In this document: positions 59,301 to 64,000 of the stretch, one piece after another
Numbering within the stretch: the stretch's first letter is position 1
Layout of the letters: each line of letters begins with the position of its first letter
NCBI GenBank assembly: GCA_004431415.1
Contig: QPMI01000005.1
Coordinates: forward strand, 434,001-498,000
From: Cyanophora paradoxa CCMP329
Taxonomy: Eukaryota > Plantae > Glaucophyta
DNA: 64,000 nt
Direction of reading: 5' to 3'
The notes under the pieces: model-generated
Databases searched by the model: none
Told to the model about the DNA's origin: nothing
What the model saw: only the letters and a program-made list of their open reading frames with translations
Translations under genes and position numbers: made by a program

Positions 59301-60044
59301 GCAACGAGGGGGTACGGGTCGCACAGGAGGATGACGAGGGCGCAGAGGACGGATACGACGATCCGCAGCGCGTTGTTGCTGCTCCCCCGGCACGTGTACA
59401 GCTGCGCGGCCGTACCCCTCGCACGCAGGAGCGCGTACCCCCTCCCCGGGGATCGAGTCCCGGGCGGACCTCGTTCTCGACGACCATGAGGACCGTCGCG
59501 AGGATCGCGGCGACCGACATCGCGCTGCGGGGAGACGCGCGCGGGCCGCTCGCGATCGGAGGGAGCGGGGGAGCGGGAGGGGGGGGGGGGGGGGGGGGGG
59601 GGGGCGCCCGCACTCGTTGAGGGCCTGGAGGCGGAGGCCGTTGGAGATCTTGCGCCAGGAGGTGAGGGCGCGCAGGCCGCCGAGGCGCGTCGGCTCCGGC
59701 ATGGCGGCCGCCTGAGACGCCTTGCGCTCGATGTGCACGAGCGTCGCCCGCCGCAGCGCGTCCTTCTCGAAGAGCCCCGCCCCCGGCCGCGCGGAGCCGC
59801 CCGCCTCCACGCCGACGCCCGCGGCGCCCCCGCCGCTGCGGATGGAGCCGAACGAGGCGGGGGCGCGGCCGGCCGGCCGCCGCTGGGCCGCCGCCTCCTC
59901 CGCCATGATGTCGGCGATGCGGGGGAAGTCCTGGCCAGCGCTGAAGAGCCGCCGCAGGGTCGTTGCGGGCACGGGCACAGCCTCGTTCTCCGAGACCTTC
60001 CTCCGCACCCGCATCGTCCCGCCGCCGAGCGCCCCCGCGAACAT
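56317..60044 (-). CDS. Small-conductance Ca2+-activated (SK/KCNN-like) potassium channel
   Basis: S1 LATVLMVVENE, HTPPG, LKLYLVLR, FALKAHLERRP, AYALTLCER, pore ALTTVGFGDVIPHTYPGR, S6 GLCTTALLI, LRLTKPESRV and CaM-binding-like AVSCVQRLWRMHR. C-terminal exon structure is less certain. Confidence 0.8.
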
Positions 60045-60551
60045 GGCTGCTGCAGGCCGCGGCCGCTACGTGGCAGCAGCGGCCGCGGGCGGGCCGGGGC
60101 GGCAGCTGGGCCGCTTTTCCGGAGGATAAGAAGGTCCAGCGACCAAAGCTATGGATCCTAGATCTAGCCGGTTGCCGGGCGAGGCTGCAGCTAAGGCGTG
60201 CGACGACTCGGAGGATCTACCGACAGGCGCGCCTGGACCTCCGGGCAACCCCCTGCTGCCCAGCAGATGTCTGTTCGCTGCAGGCAAAACTCAGATCTGT
60301 GCACTGCGAGCTGGATGGCCGCCCGGCCGAATCCGAGCGCCTGGTCCGCGAAGCTCGCAGCCGCCCTCAAAGCGCTTTATGACCCTCACCACGTGTTAAC
60401 GAGGGCTTCGGCTCGGCGGGTTGAGCTGTCTGGGGGGGCAGTGGTGGCTTCGGATGGGGTACAGGTACTCGAGCGCTTGGCTCATCTGTCATTCGGGCTG
60501 CGGTATTCAGCGCGGGAAGGGAGTGATACCAGCGCTTGTTTCGTCCCAGCG

Positions 60552-62422
60552 ATGGCGTCCGAGCAACCGCCGGAAGCTGGCGATGCACAGCTGCTCCGCC
60601 CCGCGAACAACCCCGGCATCTCTGTCGATTTCATCCGCCGCCTCATACGAGAGATAGAGCGCGAAAGCTCTCGGATCCGCACGGAGCTCGGTGATGCAGC
60701 ACCGGGCACGCAAGCCGCGCAACCACCCGGCGGCCGCCGGGAGCTGCCGGCGTTGCCGGCTCGCCTGGCGGACTTGGAGGCGCAGGTGGACGATCCGCCG
60801 GCGGAGCGGGCCCCCGCCCCGGCCGCGCCCTCTGAGGGACAGGAGGACCGGGACGAGAGGGAGCAGTTCCAGACGCAGGCTGAGCGGTCTCTGCGGCGCG
60901 TCCAGCGGTGAGTCAGCCCATCCCGGGTCGCCGCGCGCCGCTGACGCGCCGCGCAGCTACGTCGAGTCCTCGTCCCCCTTCGTGCGTCCGCCGCTCCCGT
61001 GCTCGAGGCGCCCGCCGCCGGCCGCCCTTGATGCCACCCGCGCGGGCAGATTGTGTTCTGCATCCTGGTCCTGGCGCAGCGCTCCTGGCTCGGCATCGTA
61101 TCCTTCGCATGGCTCCTCATGCTCTGCATGCGCTCCAACGACATCGTCCGCTCCCAGGCGCGCGCCCGTACCGGGCCCGGACCATCTCGGCCCTCCCTGT
61201 ACCCCGCCGCTCACGTCGTACCCTCCAGGCCGCCCAGAAGGAAAACGTGCGGGTCGGGTACCTGGCCATGTGGGCGGCCTTTACTCTCTCCCACCTCGTC
61301 TGCATGTCCATTGTCTTTGGTCCCTCCGTGCGCCGCACTTTCCAGTCCCCCCCCCCTCACCCTTCCACGGCTGAGGGGTACAACAGAGCTTCCTGCCGCG
61401 GCTGGCGCTGATACCCCCCCGCACCATCCCGTCCTTCACGGAGGCCCTCTTCGCCGTCTGCGTTGCCGACGCCGTCTCGCGCCTCTTCTCCATCCTCGCC
61501 AAGGTACCCCCGCCCGCCTCTCCTCCCCACCCCGCTTCCGCTTCCCCTCCGACCCGGTACCCCGGCAGGGCCTGGTCGTGCAGTTCAAGCTGCACCTCGA
61601 GGAGCCCCGCCGGCGGGTGCGGCCGGCCCCGCGCCCGGCGGCCTACCCCCCGGCGCCGTCTCACGCGTACCCGCCAGAGCATGCTCTTTACCGCCATCGA
61701 GGCCCTCTCCGGCCTCTACCGCGGCCTCATACCCGTCCCCGTCTGGCTCGGTACCCCCCCCCCCCGCCCCCCTCCCCCCCCTGATCACGGGTACAGTCTA
61801 TCTCTCGGACGATTCGTTCCCCGACGTCTTCTCCGCCTCCATCTGCGGCCTCTACATCGCGTACAAGGTACCCCTTCCGGGGGGTACGGGGTTCGGCGGC
61901 CCGGCGCCGACGGGCGGCAGATCTCGCACTCGGTCGATCGCGTCCGGCTCTGCTGGTCCGCCTGCCGCGCCTACATGAGCCACGAGCTGGTCCGCGCCCC
62001 CCGCCTCCCCCCCCCCCCCCCCCCCACCCCACATCCTTACCTGTACCCACGCGGGCCCCGCCCCGCGGCAGCCGTTCGGGCGCACTGCGACGGCGGAGGA
62101 GATCGCCGAGGACCCCAACTGCGCCATCTGTCCGCCCCCTCCTCCCCCGCCCCTCGCGCCCGGCCCCTCACGTCCTTCTCCTCCCCCGCAGGCCACGACG
62201 CGATGCGCGGCGCCGTCATCCTCGCCTGCGGACACGTGCGCGGGGGCCTCGCCGCCCCCCGCCCGCCCCCGCTCACCCGCCTCGCAGACGTTCTGCCAGG
62301 GGTGCGTGGAGGCGTGGTTCGAGCGGGAGCGCTCCTGCCCGCTCTGCCGCGCCTTCGTCCGCGCCGCCGGCCTCGGCCGCCACGCCGACGGCTCCACCCC
62401 GCTCCTCCCCGTCGTCTTCTAG
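60552..62422 (+). CDS. RING finger and transmembrane domain protein (RNFT1/RNFT2-like E3 ligase)
   Basis: TM segments, YRGLIPVPVW, GLYIAYK, C3HC4 RING CAICHDAMRGAVILACGHTFCQGCVEAWFERERSCPLCR and terminal DGSTPLLPVVF. Confidence 0.88.
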
Positions 62423-63172
62423 CGCCTCCCCCCCCCCCGCCCGCCCCCCCCCCCCCCCCCCCCCCCCCCCCGCTCCGCGTGCTGTCACCCCGGTAGAGTA
62501 GCATAGCTTCGGTCAACATGGGCACCCCCGATGTGCTGCCAACTGGAGGGGGCCTCGGGGCGCGCCGTACCCGCTTGAGCTGGAGGTGGGGCGGGCAGGG
62601 CCAACGGAACTTTCATCAGGGGATATCAAAGATATCGGGAATAACTCAAGAGACTCTCAGATTCTGAGAGAATAAAATGCAGAAAGCTCAACGATAGCTC
62701 GTAACGCAAGGACTGATCCTGCAGCCTCGGGCCCGTCCGCCCGAGCAAGTTCGACTTGGCGAATCCAGATCCGATTATCAGTTGCTGCAGCTCCAGCCTG
62801 CAGTTGACAGCCTTCAGGGCCCGGGGCCCTGCAGCGGAACCCGCCCCGCGGCAATCTTACTAAGTCAAGCCTTGAAGTGTGCAGCCTGAGCATCATCATG
62901 GCATCACTTACACAAGTACATCATCATCTCTAGAGCATCATGATCATGATGCTCGCCGAGTCGAGAGAGCTCGAGGCGCTCAGCGGCTTGCTCAGACACT
63001 TGATCAAGCCCTCGTCTTAGAACCTGGAAGTCTTAGCTCAAGTCACTGCATGCGCAGCTGAGTCTTTCGCAAAGCCCAGCAGCTGAGTCACTGCCAGGCG
63101 GATCATCGGATCGCCCCTCTCCGAGGCTGTCAGGCTGCGCGTCGGCCGGGGGCCTTCGGACTCTGAGAGGCT

Positions 63173-63268
63173 GAATGAGTCATTTATCGGCCCCTTCGTG
63201 TGGGAGCCCTCTAAGAGAATGAGTCATTTATCGGCCCCTTCGTGCCACGGTGTGGAAGCCCTCTAAGA
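63173..63268. repeat. 44/52-bp tandem duplication (GAATGAGTCATTTATCGGCCCCTTCGTG...GCCCTCTAAGA)x2
   Basis: Units 63173-63216 and 63217-63268, read directly. Confidence 0.9.
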
Positions 63269-63347
63269 ACTTAGACTCTGAGAGCCACTTCGGCGCTAGC
63301 TCTAGTGTACATATCATGATCAGGATTCACATTCTCTATTCCGAACG

Positions 63348-64000
63348 TTAACGTTCATCAGCCACGAGCACGAGCACTCGAGCTCCCATTAACGGCAGGG
63401 CAGCGAGGGCCTGCCGGACGGCCTCCGTCCGCGCGTGCCCCGCCCCGAACGCCGCCTCGTACCCCACCAGCGCCTCCTGCGGAAAACGAGAGTGGGCGTT
63501 TCATCGGCGGGGTACACTGGAACGCTAGCGCTTCGGCCTGACCTGGAAGAGCTTGCGGGCGGCGGCGTGCTCGCCGAGGTGCGCGAGGAGGCCCGCGTAG
63601 TTGCGCGCCGCCATCGCCGTCGTCGCGTGCCGCGCGCCCAGCGCCCGCCGGTACGCCGCAAGCGCACCCTGCCCGAGGAACGCGCGCTCATTTTGGCATT
63701 CGCCGAAATCGTACCCGAAATGATTCTCGCTGTGGGAGCCCGCGCCTCGTAGAGGGCGCGGGCGCGCGCGAGGTCGCCGAGCTGGCCGAGAAGCCCCGCA
63801 AGGTTGTGCGCCGTCCCCGCCGGCGCCGTCGTCGGGTGCCCCGGCCCCAGCGCCACCTCCTGCGCCCCCAGCGCCTCCTGCCCGCCCCCGTCCCCGCTCG
63901 GATCAGACCCGCTCGGATGCGGTTCGGGTCCGAGCGGCGCGCGCGCGGGCCTCGTAGAGGTCGCGGGCGGCGGCGAGCTCTCCCGCGTCCTCGAGGAGGC
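63348..64000 (-). CDS. Kinesin-light-chain-type TPR repeat protein, 3' end only
   Basis: ALGPGHPTT...HNLAGLLGQLGDLARARALYE, RRALGARHATTAMAARNYAGLL and AAFGAGHART. Stop TAA 63348-63350. Confidence 0.8.

Noticed and set aside
63173-63268. CRISPR-like repeat-spacer array
   Set aside because: Only two units, the intervening parts are also homologous, the context is eukaryotic and no cas genes are present.

Overview
Very GC-rich eukaryotic nuclear DNA with about 16 genes split by many short introns (mostly 50-90 nt), so most entries in the ORF track are artefacts. The organism is flagellated and probably has a primary plastid; a glaucophyte such as Cyanophora is my best guess, by inference only. 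Genes in order: 3' part of VPS13 (+), unknown protein (-), GT37-like fucosyltransferase (+), Pmp-like beta-helix protein (-), a truncated duplicate of the unknown gene ending in (AC)n, a 1.7-kb non-autonomous Helitron-like element, outer-arm dynein beta-type heavy chain (-, 47 introns traced), GT15 mannosyltransferase (+), RelA/SpoT homologue (-), M20 amidohydrolase (+), DNAL4/LC10 (-), phosphomannomutase (+), SERAC1-like hydrolase (-), an ANTH-kinase-CUE-Zn-module protein (+), UBAC2-like (-), SK-like K+ channel (-), RNFT1/2-like (+) and a partial TPR protein (-). The most unusual observations are: about one third of splice donors are GC with almost no match to canonical U1; an ANTH/kinase/CUE/CHORD-like fusion I do not recognise; a Helitron with both A|TC...CTAG|T termini and Helentron-like subterminal inverted repeats; intergenic DNA full of tandemly doubled palindromic hexamers; and near-strict strand alternation of genes. 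All gene models were spliced by eye. Three apparent 1-nt frameshifts lie in C/G runs and are probably assembly errors.
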